Shown: positions 26,487-40,871 of the stretch, in pieces
How positions within the stretch are numbered: position 1 is the first letter of the stretch
Layout: each line of letters begins with the position of its first letter
Source: the human T2T-CHM13v2.0 reference genome, Homo sapiens
Length of the DNA: 64,000 nucleotides
Assembly (NCBI RefSeq): GCF_009914755.1
Contig: NC_060926.1
Reading direction: 5' to 3' (one strand)
Notes under the pieces: model-generated
What the model was told of the DNA's origin: nothing
The model's input: the letters and a program-made list of their open reading frames with translations, nothing else
Database searches by the model: none
Made by a program: the position numbers and the translations under genes

Positions 26487-26487
<1 letters not shown>

Positions 26488-26963
26488 GCCACCTATGGTC
26501 TGTGTTCCACTAAGCAGCTGGAGTCATCTTTTAAAATCACAAATCATCTGACTCCAAAGCTTAGAATTTATTTTTAACTTTACATTGCACCTAAACTAAC
26601 ATAAAATAAATCCCCAAGATGGCTGCTGAGGCCCCTGTGACTTGACCCCTGTCTGCCCCCAAAGGCTTCTCTTCAGGCCCCTCCCCCTCACTCATCACCT
26701 CCAGCCCAGCCTTCTTTCCAGGCCCTGGACATTCTGTACCCCTTCATGCCTCAGGGCGTTTGCACAGGCTGCTCTCTCAGCTGGAACAAGCGTCCTCCCA
26801 TTCCCAGATTGGCTGAATTCCCTTCTTTAAGTTTCCAAGTTAAGCAAGCCCTCTGAAAACCTTCTCTGGCATCCGGGTTGGAGGAGGTCTCTCTTGCTAT
26901 TTATTTTCTCACAGAACCTCCCTGCCCCCATCTTTTCCTTTCTGGAACTTGCCACAGATTTTT

Positions 26964-27231
26964 TTTTTTTTTTTTTTTTTTGAGATGGAGTCTCGCTCTG
27001 TTGCCCAGGCTAGAGTGCAGTGGTGCAATCTCAGCTCACTGCTATCTCTGCCTCCCAGGTTCAAGCAATTCTGCGTCAGCCTCCTGAGTAGCTGGGATTA
27101 CAGGCAAGTGCTACTACGTCCGGCTAATTTTGTATTTTTAGTAGAGACGGGTTTGTTGGTCAGGCTGGTCTTGAACTCCTGACCTCGTGAACCACCCACC
27201 TCGGCATCTCAAAGTGCTGGGATTACAGGAG
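26964..27231 (-). mobile_element. AluS (slightly 5'-truncated) inside L2 remnants
   Basis: Poly-T plus Alu; perfect TSD TGCCACAGATTTTT at 26950-26963 and 27232-27245. Confidence 0.92.
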
Positions 27232-28443
27232 TGCCACAGATTTTTAATTACCTATTTTATTTGTCCACCTGGCCAATGTCTGTCTCTCTCATGAGGACAG
27301 GGCCATGGCTGTAGTTCACTATGGGTAGCGTAGTGCCTAAGATGGAGGGAGCCTTGGTATGCATTTGGTGACAGGATCCATGAAGGAACTCTTTTCTGCC
27401 CACTCTGTCCAGCGAATAAGTCCTGAGAGTGCAGGGCAGCAGCGATAGGGTCCCCTCAAAGCATGCGGCAGGATGGGGCAACCTGCCATCACTCCACTGG
27501 ACTCAGAATCCTGAATTCAGGAGACCCAACCCAGATCTCAGCTGTCACGGGACAGGTTGCAGTGACTCTCCATGCTCCCAGATCCCCTCACATACGGTTT
27601 CTGCACCACTGGGCACGGTGGAGGTCACAGGCATAAAGTTAGTGCCACCCGAAGACACGGTGCCTCCTGGTTGGTGGGTCAGTCTCTGTATTTTTAACTG
27701 GCCTCCTCTAACACATAAGATAAGATTGATTTAATCTGTTTTGTCTTTTTCAAATTAACAGAATTTCTAATTTGTTCTGATACCTTTATTAAATGTAATC
27801 ATATAGTGAAAAATTCAGTGATGTTAAAAACAGCAGGAAAATATTAAACTTGCCATATACAAAGTTTGGATCATAAAATATGTTTCATGGGGCTGTCACT
27901 GAAATGGGACACAACCTTCATGACACTCACAATAGTTGCTAAGAGGCTCGATGTAACCCAGAAGGCAGAGAGCGGAGGAGCTGTCTACCGAGTGAGCTCT
28001 TGCTTCCCAGAGCCCAGGTTCTGGCGCTTCCCTCTCTGAGGATTCTGCTGGTGTTTGGAACATGGGTTTAGAGTTCCCTCTGTCTATCCCATGTTTCTTT
28101 CTCTCCTGCTTAGGAATAAAGTAAGCTCACGGAAAATCTTACTCACTTTTTTTTTTCGGATGAATCTGTTTTTTCTGCTACCACCCTTTTTTTTCCTACC
28201 ACCCATCGACCCCACCAAGAATATACAAACAAATATCCCCACTCTGGAGTCCAATGTAGAAAGGAGAACAATTTCATATTGTAATGAAAACCTAAGGTGC
28301 TACTTACTGAGTGGCTTGAGTTGATGGCTTAGGAAAGGACTTCCTCAGACTCCAAAAGATTTGTTCATGTTGGAGAAGCAGTTAACATTGATTTATCTCT
28401 GGTCAGGAACAGACATGGTTTGAGCTAACACTTCCCACACGCT

Positions 28444-29130
28444 GTATTTGTCTGTGCTGGCTGCTATACGAAGTGCCATAGACTGGGTGGATTACACAAC
28501 AGGAATTTCTTTTCTCACAACTCGAGCTGGAAGTCTGGGACCCAGGTGTGGGCAGGGTTGGTCTCTTCTGAGGCTCTCATCCTGACTTGTCGATGACCAT
28601 CTCCTGCCTGTGTCTTCACACGTTCCTCTGTGTGTGTCTGTGTCCTGATATCCTCTTATAAGGATGCCAGGCAATATTGAATTAGGGCTGCTCAATTACC
28701 TCCTTTAATCTTAATTACCCCTTTTAAGGTCCTGTTTTGAAATACAGCCACATTCTGAGATTGTGGGAGTTAGGACTTCAACATAAGAATTTTGTGGGGG
28801 ACCAGGGGTGCTGGCTTATGCCGGTAATCCTAGCACTTTGGGAGGCCGAGGCGGGCGGATCACCTGAGGTGAGGAGTTCCAGACCAGCCTGGCCAACATG
28901 GTGAAACCCCGTCTCTACTAAAAATACAAAAAAAAAGGCGGGCATGGTGGCGGGCGACTGTAATCCCAGCTTACTCTGGAGGCTGAGGCAGGAGAACCTG
29001 GGAGGCGGAGATTGCAGTGAGGCGAGATCACGCTGCTGCACTCCAGCCTGGGTGACAGAGTGAGACTCCGTCTCAAAAAAAAAAAAAAAAAAGGAATTTT
29101 GAGAGGACACAATGATGTAGCCCATAGTAC
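28444..29130 (-). mobile_element. MLT1 (MaLR) LTR interrupted near its end by an Alu
   Basis: GCTGCTATACGAAGTGCCATAGACTGGGTGG...GTTAGGACTTCAACATAAGAATTTTG, resuming GAATTTTGAGAGGACACAAT after the Alu. Confidence 0.75.
28799..29092 (+). mobile_element. AluS
   Basis: Full Alu with a long A tail; GAATTTTG repeated on both flanks. Confidence 0.92.
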
Positions 29131-32100
29131 CTGCATATGCACGCGCATGCATACACACGCACACACACATGCACACACACACTCTCATGCATACTCTCTC
29201 TACTTTTCTATAGGCCTCTTCCAACTAAATTTTTAGTTTTAATCTGAGATATAGCAAAGGCCCAGTGATTAGGTCTTGCAATGAAGCGATTCCCAACAGA
29301 GACATAAGGGGTGAGAGCCCCACGCACCTTCAGCGAAGTATCATTGGCCACATGTCAGCCATGGGGAGAGCAGGCTGGCCCAGCACGCAGGCCAGTCTGT
29401 GTGTGGAATGGTCCCTGACAACTGGAAGAACCGCTATTGGTTCAGGGGCCCTCATGCTGCAATCAGCACCACCATAGCTGGGAAGGACAGGGATGAGGTT
29501 TTAGGGAACTGATCCCCCAGGCTTCCATTCGGTTGGCAGCTCCAAATGGACACAGAAGCTTGTGAATCATGTGTGATGTGGCAGCCTTCCTGCTCAGCAG
29601 ACATCTGTGGTACCCTGGTTAAAGCCAAGACAATTCAGAGGCTGAGAGAAATGAAACCAAATCCCCAGGGCACTGAGGGATCCCATGGGCAGCAGATGGA
29701 AGGAAAATGCCCCGTGGCAGGAGTGGGAGTGGAGAGCATGAAATGCAGGTGTGGCAATTTCCCCAGAATACTTTGGACTCCCCTGGACAATGCCACAGAG
29801 GACCCTGGGCATCCTGGGACACCAAGGAGCCTGTGCTTCCTCCTAGGCATAGGCAGGTTCTCATCTGTCAGCTGTTGGAGGGCTGCACTGGAGAGGAGAA
29901 CATTTGGCACCTGGTATGTCTCCCTGTAGAGCAGTCCCCCTGGGAGCTAATGGATCTTTTCCACCTGTGGCAAAAATAGACTTGATTCAGATACCTTGTC
30001 CTGAGATTGGCTTACCCAGGCCTGCACGGCCCCTCCAGGCAGATGAGACCCCTCGTGCATTACCTCTGAATGAAACACAGGGTCCAGGCAGATGGAGTTC
30101 CAGGGACAGAGCGGGGCAAACCTTGGAATCTTGCTTGGCTGAGTGTGAATGGCCCCTTGGCCTGACTCAAGACTTGAGGGAGATGACAGAGGGTTAATTG
30201 AGGATGGCAGGGCCCTCCATGTGGCTCTGCACTCAGCCCTTTCTCTCCTGAGCCTGAGGCCACAGCCCTGCCCTGCACCATGAACCCCAGGCGGGAGGCT
30301 GTCGGCTCTTGGCCCAGCTCCCCTGGGGCCTCGGGTGATATTCAGCTTCAGAAGTCCTGCTCTTCTCCCAGCCCTGTGGATCCCACTCAGCATCAGGTGG
30401 TTACTGCAGGAAGCCGTCTGCCTTTGTTTTTCTTGGGCACCGGCTCAAAGTCCCTTTAAGTGCGAAGTCTTTATTCCTGGTTTCCTCCTTCTCCACTTCC
30501 TCCCCCTGAAAACAGCTGATGGCCCGTTGTCACTAGAGCCCAGGAGGGGCTCCTTCCTTCCCTCCCACCTGGGCTATTTTTCTGTGCCACACCTGTCCTG
30601 GTCTTTGTGAGGCATGGCCATCTCCATGCTGGGCTGATTAGAAGTTCACCTCACATCCTTTGAGAGAGCTTGAGTCACCTCTAGTTGCCATTTCTAGCCT
30701 ACCTCCCCGCCACCCCCTGAGAATGAGGGATGCTGGGACACTCCCCAGGATCAGCATTCAGCACCCCAGGCTATAGAAGCTGAGGCAAGGTTTACATTCA
30801 CCATTCTGCACCCATTCTTCTTTCAGCGATGACTGCATATATCATTAGCTGTGTTCAGTAAGGGCCAAGCAAGACCAGGATCTCAGAGTCAAAGTTGGGT
30901 ACCACATACAGGCCAGAGTAGCACAAGGCAGGGGTTGGGGACAGGTGGGAAAATTGCTACCCAAGGCCACAGGTGATCCCAGTCAGATCCAGGGGCTGGA
31001 AGGGAGGAGCATAAGGCTGCTTGTCTTAAATAAAGGACAAGGGGCTAGAAAGCAAAGGTGGTGGGTGAGGCAGCTGTTTTAAACAGAGAGGTAGGGACAC
31101 CTTTCTTGCAGTGGAACTTCTTCAGACCTGAGATGGAAATGAAATGAGGGAGCCCCCATGGAGGTCTGAGGGGAGTGTTCCAGGCAGTGGGAACAGGATT
31201 GCAAAACCCCACGGAAGTGGGCAAGCAGCCGGTGTGGCCAGAATGAACCCAAGCAAGGTTCAGGGAAACCTCACTGAACTTCAGTTTTTTCATCCGGAAA
31301 ACTGGAGTGATGAGATGTGAAAAGTAGAAATGACACATTGTATGTAGTGCATACGAAAGTTGACCCTCAGTAGTGGCCTCCATGACTGTCCCTTCTCTGG
31401 GCACACGCCGTGGTGCTGGTCTGTAAAGACGTGTGAAGGTCTCCTCTAACTGTACCTTCCATGTGCAGTCGTGGCCCTCCTCCTCTCACAACATTCCTTG
31501 GCTCCTTTTTACCCAGATCAGCTCCGTTGTTGGCTTCCGAGTCTTTCATTTCCTCCCCGACCTATCCCGCCAACTCCTCCCTCCATCCTTGTGATCCTTA
31601 GTCCAACTCTGAGCCTCTTTCTTGGGGTCTTTCTCAGGCACCCATTTACCTTCCACCTTGGGAGTTTGTGAATGACTTTTTTCTTTTGGGTTTTTTTTTT
31701 TAATGTATAAATTTTCTGGGTTTTTTTTTTTAACATTGCTTGTGTATTACTTTTAGTAATTAATTAAAAAACCCAAAAAGTTCATTTTTAGTTAAAAAAT
31801 GATGCAGACACAGATGCATAAACTGTTTATAATCATTTGTCTCCAAAGAATTCAAGGCCTCAAGTGTAGAATTTAAGTTACTCAAGAAGATGGCTGCAAG
31901 CCCCATTCAGTGACTGCTCTATGCCATGGGTCTTTCTGTAAGCCGCATAGACGTTTACCCAGGACATGGATGCTGGGACTTTCTAAGCCTGACTAGTTTC
32001 TAAGTGGGTCACCTCAGGGTCCCAAGGATTGAGACTCCTGTGAGGCCAGGCCTTTCTGGCTTATTCTAAAGAAATTAGATCATAAATACACCTTGTTACT

Positions 32101-32677
32101 TTCAGGAGATGGGAAGCAACATGACAACCACGAGCCTGCCTCCCATGTGGTTGGACTTTGATTTTTCTCGTTGCCATTTCATTTTCAGCTCCCTGCAAGC
32201 TGTTTGAGGGCTGTGAGCCCTGTTACCTCAGTTCTCAAGGGCCAGGTAGAGTCCAGAATCAACATCCAGTTTCACTTGACTTTCAAACTAGAAGAGGAGC
32301 TCACAGCTGAGTTTCACCATGTAGGAGAGAAGGGAATTATATTGCATGTGAAGAGCTGATACAAAACATTTTTGTGCTCCCAGAACTCCATTGCCTGTTC
32401 TTTTAGAGACTACTGGTGTCTGTTTGCTGGTTCTGCCCTTTGAGTAGATTCTCTTTCTGGTCATTTTAAAGCCAGATTGCCTGACTTCCAGGGCAGGGTG
32501 GAAGTAAGTTTAAAAAGTGTCAGAAAACAACAAAGAGCCTGTTGCCCTCTCCTCCACCGGAAAAGAGGAGAGCAAAATGCTCAGAAAAAAAACACTTTGT
32601 TTCTTCAACATTAGTATTTTGAGTGTTTTGCATCTGAACTTCTTAGGTATAACCACTGCTTCTCAACACTGAGGTGC

Positions 32678-33037
32678 TGTATTAGTCTGTTCTTGCACTG
32701 CTTAATAAAGACATACCTGAGACTGGGTAATTATTAAGGAAAGAGGTTTAATGGACTCACAGTTCCACATGGCTGGAGAGGCTCCACAATCATGGCAGAA
32801 GATGGAGGAAGAGCAAAGTCACGTCTTACATGGTGGCAGGCAAGAGGGCACGTGCAGGGGAACTACCCTTCATAAAACCATCAGATCTTGTGAGACTTAT
32901 TCACTACCATGAGAGCAGGGCAGAAAAAACCCACTGCCATGATTCAGTTACCTACCACTGGGTCCCTCCCATGACACGTGGGGATTATTACAATTCAAGA
33001 TGAGATTTGGGTGGGGACACAGAGCCAAACCATATCA
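32678..33037 (-). mobile_element. Solo THE1B-like LTR
   Basis: TGTATTAGTCTGTTCTTGCACTGC..AATAAAGACATACCTGAGACTGGG...GCCAAACCATATCA; 5-bp TSD GGTGC / GGTGG. Confidence 0.92.
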
Positions 33038-33109
33038 GGTGGTATATTTAGTGTTACTCTTCTTCCACATCAGAACTTGACAGATGATTCAAGAACATTC
33101 CAACACAAT

Positions 33110-33250
33110 CCTGAGCCTCACTTGCTTCATCTGTAAAATAGGGATAATGCCTTCTTCACAGGGCTGTTGTGAGGATTAAAGGATTCTGTGAGGTAAAGGA
33201 AGTCTGTGTGAAGTCCCAGCACAGTATCTAGCATAGAGGGCACTGTAGAA
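33110..33250. mobile_element. MIR
   Basis: CTGAGCCTCACTTGCTTCATCTGTAAAATAGGGATAAT...GTTGTGAGGATTAAA. Confidence 0.75.
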
Positions 33251-34587
33251 TGAGAAGGGTGGAAATGAGTCCACTGTAGCCTTATGCGGAAATCACTCTG
33301 CGGCAGGACCGCACTTTATCGGAACCTGCTTTCATGTGGTTTGCCCACAGGCAGTTTTAATCCTGTGATTATTATGGGGTGGGGGGAAGTGAACTTCTGG
33401 TTGGAAATGTTACTGATTTACTTACTCATAAGCACAATCAGTTTAACCTTATGAAGGTAATTAAGGCTTCTGCTGGGGACTCCTTTGCTTCTGTAAACTG
33501 CAGGTGGTAACACCGCCCAGTCAGCATTGATGGAGATGAGGGAAAGGTGGCCGGGCCTTCCAGGGTGGTTCTCCCCACAGGAGCAGGACTGATGCTAACA
33601 AGTTTTCAGGCATCTGAGGGCAGCAGGCACCTGGAAATCCAGACTTCTAAGACCCCTGTGGCCATTTTCAGAAATGAAGCAGGTCCCCCAGGCATGAAAG
33701 GTACCTGGAGATTCAAGAGTATGACTGCCCCTGGGCCTCTGTGGCTTGAAAATATTATCAGAGCAAAACTTGTCATTCCTTATTCAGAGCTAAAGTGCTC
33801 ACTGCACATACTCCTGGGAGAAGTAACAGGACAGTCAGCTCTGACGTGACTGACACAGGCAGAAGTGATTTGTGGAAGCAGGCTTGGACGGGGGAGCAAT
33901 TCTGGATATTTCATGGGGAAAACAAAGAGCTGGAAGAAGGAGGTAGTGCAGAGGCCCTCAGAAGGGGAAGGACCTGGGACCCACACAAAGACAGGCTTTG
34001 CTTCTTTCATGTTTTACTTGGGGCCAAACTTACTTTCTCCTGTGTAGCTGATTCTCTGGTTTGTGTGCAGAAACACTGCCAATGCTGCCATTTAAATAAG
34101 GATTTCAGGAAGTAAAAGGAAAAAAAAATACTGGAGTGAGAATTGATGGCGCAGAGTATTTAATGATATTAAGATGCAGAGTGGCAATTTAAGACATTTA
34201 TGCTGCCTCCCGAGGAGTTTTGTAGGTATACAGGCTAATTTTCAGAAGGGTTGCTGGGGGTGGGGGAGGCATCATTTGCCTACATATGGTGAGGTATAAT
34301 CACTAGTACCTTGGCATTTATTAGAATTTTGAAGAACGAGGTAAAAAAAAAATCAGTCCACTTTATTGAAATCTTTTGCAGAAATATGACACAACCATTT
34401 TCAAATAGTTTTTACTACCACCAAAATAATATTCGTGAACTAAAAGCTAATGTAAGGAATCAAAATTCTTACAGTGGTTATTTTGGCTAGGAGAAATATG
34501 ATTGTTTACCTCTTTTCAATTTTCTGTATATTTTTTAATTTTAAAGAAAATGTGAGTCCTATGTAGTGATGGGATCGCAAATTTGAA

Positions 34588-34588
<1 letters not shown>

Positions 34589-34630
<42 letters not shown>

Positions 34631-34631
34631 T
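34589..34631 (+). repeat. (TG)19T5 tract at an exon acceptor
   Basis: 19 perfect TG units (34589-34626), then TTTTT, then CTCTTTCTGCAACAG. Confidence 0.97.
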
Positions 34632-34646
34632 CTCTTTCTGCAACAG

Positions 34647-34736
34647 GGTTACATGATGGAAAATCGAATCTCAGGCTTAAAGTGTGACACAGATGTGTTT
34701 GCCACTTTTGAAGGTGACGATGTTGTTATGCTTCAG
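34647..34736 (+). CDS. ACOXL: ACOXL 90-nt symmetric (phase 0-0) exon: [30 protein letters not shown], carrying the TFEG catalytic-Glu motif
   Basis: Acceptor TTTCTGCAACAG| and donor CAG|GTAAGA; completes GGMGY (ACOX1 has GGHGY) and TFEGD (ACOX1 has TFEGEN). Confidence 0.93.
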
Positions 34737-35486
34737 GTAAGATTCGGGAAATGTTTTCAAGATCAAGAGTTATCCAGAAGTCTGAAGTGTTTCATATATT
34801 TTATCTTTATCTGATTGCCTTCTTTAATTGGCAGGTGCTTTCCTGTTAGGCACTTGATATTTGTTGTAGCTGAACAGGGGATTACGTTATTTCTCTCTTA
34901 GCTGATCTTTGACTTTGAATTTTATCTTTTTGGTTTAAGAAAACCACTTATACATAGTGAGTCAGATTCTTCTACTAGGAAGGGTATTTTGAAAGAGTAT
35001 GTAAGGCCCCAGAAGATGAACAAGCAAAAGGCATGAAAACCCAGTTTACAAAAGAACGGCAATGGATCAGCCTCCTAATGATCAAGGAAATGCATATTAG
35101 ACTATTCGGCAATACTCTTTTCCTTTCTCAATCCAATCGGCTCATGTTTTCAAGTATGTTGAAGTCCCCATGTTGGCACAGGGGGGTCCCTTTGCATGTT
35201 GCTGTTGAACTGTGTATAATTCTACTTCTGGGCTGTATTTTAAGATAACAGCCTGAAATACAGGAAACTTTAAGGCACAAACATTTTCACCAGTACATTA
35301 TTTATTGTAGCAATAATGTTGGAGTCCAAATTTTCAACAATAGGAAAATTATTATACAGTATAAATCATGCTCTGGCCACTCAGTGGGGAATTATATGGC
35401 TTTTAAAATAGTGCTTTCAGAGAGTGCTATTTATAACAGAAATTTAAAACTTATGATACGGTAAGTAAAAATGATACAAAAACATA

Positions 35487-36632
35487 CAGTTATGCATTGC
35501 TTAACAACAGGAACATATTCTGAGACATTTGTCATTAGGCTGTTTCATCGTTGTGTCAACATCATAGAGTGCACTCACACAAACCAAGATGGCACAGCCT
35601 ACTCCGCACCTAGGCTATGTGGTGGAGCCTATTGCTCCTACGCTACACACCTGTACAGCATGATACTGTACTGAATACCATAGGCTACTGCAACATAATT
35701 TTTGTTTGTTTATTGATACATAGTATTTGTACATATATAAGGGATACATGTGATGTTTTGTTACATGCCTTGAGTGTATAATGATCAAGCCAGAGTTTTT
35801 AGGGTGTCCATCACCTCAAGTATTTATCATTTCTATGTGTTGGGAACATTTCAAGTCCTCTCTTTTGTGTATTTTGCAATATGCAATATATTGTTGTTAA
35901 CTATAGTCACTCTACTCTGCTATCGAACATTATAACTTATTCCTTCTGCCTGACTGTATATTTGTACGGATTAATCAACTTCTGTTCATTCCCCCTACCC
36001 GCCCCCACACCTTTCCCAGCCTCTGGTATCTATCATTCTACGCTTTACTGCTATGAGATCAACTTTTTTAGCTCCCATATATGGGTAAGAACATGCCATA
36101 TTTGTGTTTCTGTGCCTGACTTATTTCACTTAACATAATGACCTCCAGTTCCATTCATGTAGCTGCAAATGAAATGATTTCATTTTTTATGGCCAAATAG
36201 TATTCCATTATGTGTATATACCATATTTTCTTTCTCCATTTCTTTGTGTGATGGGTATTTAGGTTGATTCCACATCTTTGCTATTGTGACTAGTGCTGCA
36301 ATAAACATGTGGGTGCAGGTGTACCCTTGATATATTGATTTATTTTTCCTTTGGATAAATACCCACTAGTGGGATTGCTGGATCGTAGGGTAGTTCTATT
36401 TTTAGTTTCTGTTTGTTTGTTTGTTTTTGTTTTTTGGAAACCTCCATACTGTTTTTTATAGTGGCTGTACTAATTTACCTTCCCACCAACAGTGCCTAAA
36501 ACAATTTTTATGTTTAAGTATTTGCATATGGAAGCACATCAAAGCATAGATAAGGTGATGTGTTGTGCTATGACATCATGATGGCAAAGATATCGCTAGG
36601 TGATGGGAAATTTTTCGCTGGGCACTTGACTG
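35487..36632 (+). mobile_element. Tigger3/MER7 DNA transposon split by an L1
   Basis: TA|CAGTTATGCATTGCTTAACAACAGG...CTAGGCTATGTGGTGGAGCCTATTGCTCCTA; resumes at about 36513 and ends TGACTG|TA. Confidence 0.8.
35698..36497 (-). mobile_element. L1MA 3' end inserted in Tigger3
   Basis: T-rich tail followed by CCTGACTTATTTCACTTAACATAATGACCTCCAGTTCC and GTGGCTGTACTAATTTACCTTCCCACCAACAGTG. Confidence 0.88.
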
Positions 36633-38646
36633 TATAAAGAATGTGATCATGATTTGGAGTTCTCAAAAAAGGACAATAGGGACTCCTGGCCTGCTAAGAT
36701 AGAATAGCCCCATTCCTTACAGATTTTCCTCTTCACAGTTAAACTCCCTGGACAAAATACAACAGACAAGCATGGGAAGAGAAGACCCTGGAAGGGGGAA
36801 GGAAGAAGGAGGCTGCCTAGGGACTTTGGGACTTGAACAATGAAACAGCAATAAGGTCTCTGGATTTCCTTATTGTCTCCCATATATCCCAGACAGGATA
36901 CACATCCCCTGTATCTCTAATAGGCACACACAAAATATGCTCCAGGAGACACCTAATCCCCTAGCCAAGGGACCAGGAAGATGGTGGCCTGATGACAGAA
37001 AATCTTTTTGGTGATACCCATGCTACACCAGCCAGACACAACAAAAAAACATAACCATTCTCCCGACCGCCGTTGACAATTTCTGCCTCGCTGGGAGCTG
37101 ATCTTCCACTGGATCCTTGACCTAAGGAAGCAGGCAAAAGCAGGGGTAGTACTCCCATCCCCCACCCAGTGGCCTTAGTGGGGCTGAGCAGGGAGCTCAT
37201 CTTTCATTCCTCTCCTGGTGGAAACAGGTGGTGCTCAGATTCCCCACCAGAGTAGTGTCAGCAAGGCCCGGTGGCGAATCCACCCCCACTCAGCAGCAAC
37301 AAGAACCAATGAAGTGGCTTAAGGTGGAGCCCATCACCAGTGTGCTTCTGCTACCCACCCTGGGGCCAGCAGGGGTCCAGCAGGGAGCTGAGTCTCTACT
37401 CCCACCTGATGTCGATTAGACTAACCAGGAGGTGTGAGCAGGGACTAGTCACTACTCTGTGTTCTCCCCACCCTTGGTGTCTGTGGGCCCAGTGAGGAGC
37501 TGAAGCTCTATACCCACAAGATGACAAGAAACTGGATCAAGTAGCGTGCAGCAGAGCCAGTGGACACTTTGACCTCTTCCCTCCCTGCCCCCTAAACCCC
37601 TAAAGGGGATTTAGTGGGGAGCTGAGCCTCTTGCCTCACCTGACATCAACAGAATGAAATAGGATGAAGTGGGGGAGTTAATATCCTTCTTCCTCCTCCC
37701 CTATTTTTAGCAGGAGTCAGTAAGCAGTGGAGCCTTCACCTCATCCAGCATCAATGAGGCACAATGAGGTGGTGGGAAAAGGGGGTAGTTGGCCCTGTGC
37801 TTCCCCACTCCCTTCCCTGACGTCAGCAGGGCCTAGAGGGAACAGAACTTGCCCCCAACCTGTCTCCAACAAGGCAATGTGCATCAGCACTCCTTTTCCT
37901 CCAGCATGGTGTCGATGGGACCTAGCAGGAAAGTGAACATATACCCATCAGGACCTTTTGCTACCCTTCAAGATTAAATGTCATCTCATAATATCATATC
38001 TAAATACACTGGGTACAACAAAACATCACATTATAAAGGAACCAAGAAAATTGCAACTTAAATGAGAAAGTCAATAGATGCGGATACCAAGAAGAATCCA
38101 ATGTTGGAATTATCTGATAAGGATTTTAAAGTACCCACTATAAAAGTGTTTCAAAGGTGCATAAAAGTACTACAAATGCTCTTAAAACAAATTTTAAAAA
38201 TAGAAAAAATATAAGCAAATAAAAGGGGACCAAATTCAAATGATAGAATTAAAAATATAATGACTGAATTAACAAACTTGCAGTCTGACCCCAATAATAG
38301 AGTAGATATGATAGAGGGTGGAATCAGTGAATTTGAGGCCAGATCAACAGAATTTACCCAATCTGAACAACAGAGAAGACAAAAATGAACAGAATCACAC
38401 AGATCAGTGGAGCAATAACAAAAGAGCTAGCATTTGTATTATCAGAGTCTCAGAAGGAGAGAAGTGTGTTGCTCAATATACATAAAGGAAATACTTCAGA
38501 CAATTAAAAAGTGAGGAGGGCAAAGAGACCTAAATGGAGGTAAGGTTTCCACACTTCACTCAAAGTGGTAAAACATTAATATCACTAGACTGTGATGAGA
38601 TATATTACAAATTTTTACATGTAAATAATAAGACTATATAATGTGA

Positions 38647-39820
<1,174 letters not shown>

Positions 39821-40526
39821 TGAAAAACATAACCAGGCAACAGGATTTATTTAACATGTATGGAACACTCTATTCAACAGGAACAGCATACATGTTTTTC
39901 AAGCACTTGTGGAATTTTCTTCAAGATGGACTGTATCCTGGGCCATTAAAATAAAACTCAGCAAATTTAAAGGAATTAAAAAGGTACAGAATATGTTTTC
40001 TCATCATAATAGAATGAAATGAGAAATCAAGAGCAGAAAGAAAAGAAGAATATCTCTAAATACTTGGAAATTAAGCAACATGCTTAAAATAATCCATAGG
40101 TTATATAGGAAATTTTAATGGAACTTTAAAAATACATAGAAATGAGTGAGCATGAACACACAACACATCAAAACGTATGGGAGGCAGATAAAATAGTGCT
40201 GAAAGGAAAATTCATAGTACTAAATGCTTATTTAAGAAAAGAGGAAAGGTCTCAACTCATTCACCTAAATCCCTACCTCAAGAAAATTGAAAGAGAAGAG
40301 CAAAATAAGTAGAAACCAAACATAAGAAAGGAAATAATAAAGTTAAGATTATACATTAATAAAATTGAAGCCAGGAGAACAATAGAGAAAATCCATGAAA
40401 CAAAAGGCTGGCTCTGAAAAGAATCAACAAAGTTGATAACACTCAAGCAAGATTGACAAAGTTAAAAATTAAGAAGGCTCAAATCACCAATATCAGGAAT
40501 GAAACAGAATATGTATCTAGAGATCA

Positions 40527-40871
<345 letters not shown>

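Noticed and set aside
31676-31735. Direct repeat TGGG-T(n)-AA occurring twice
   Set aside because: Low-complexity slippage in T-rich decayed sequence
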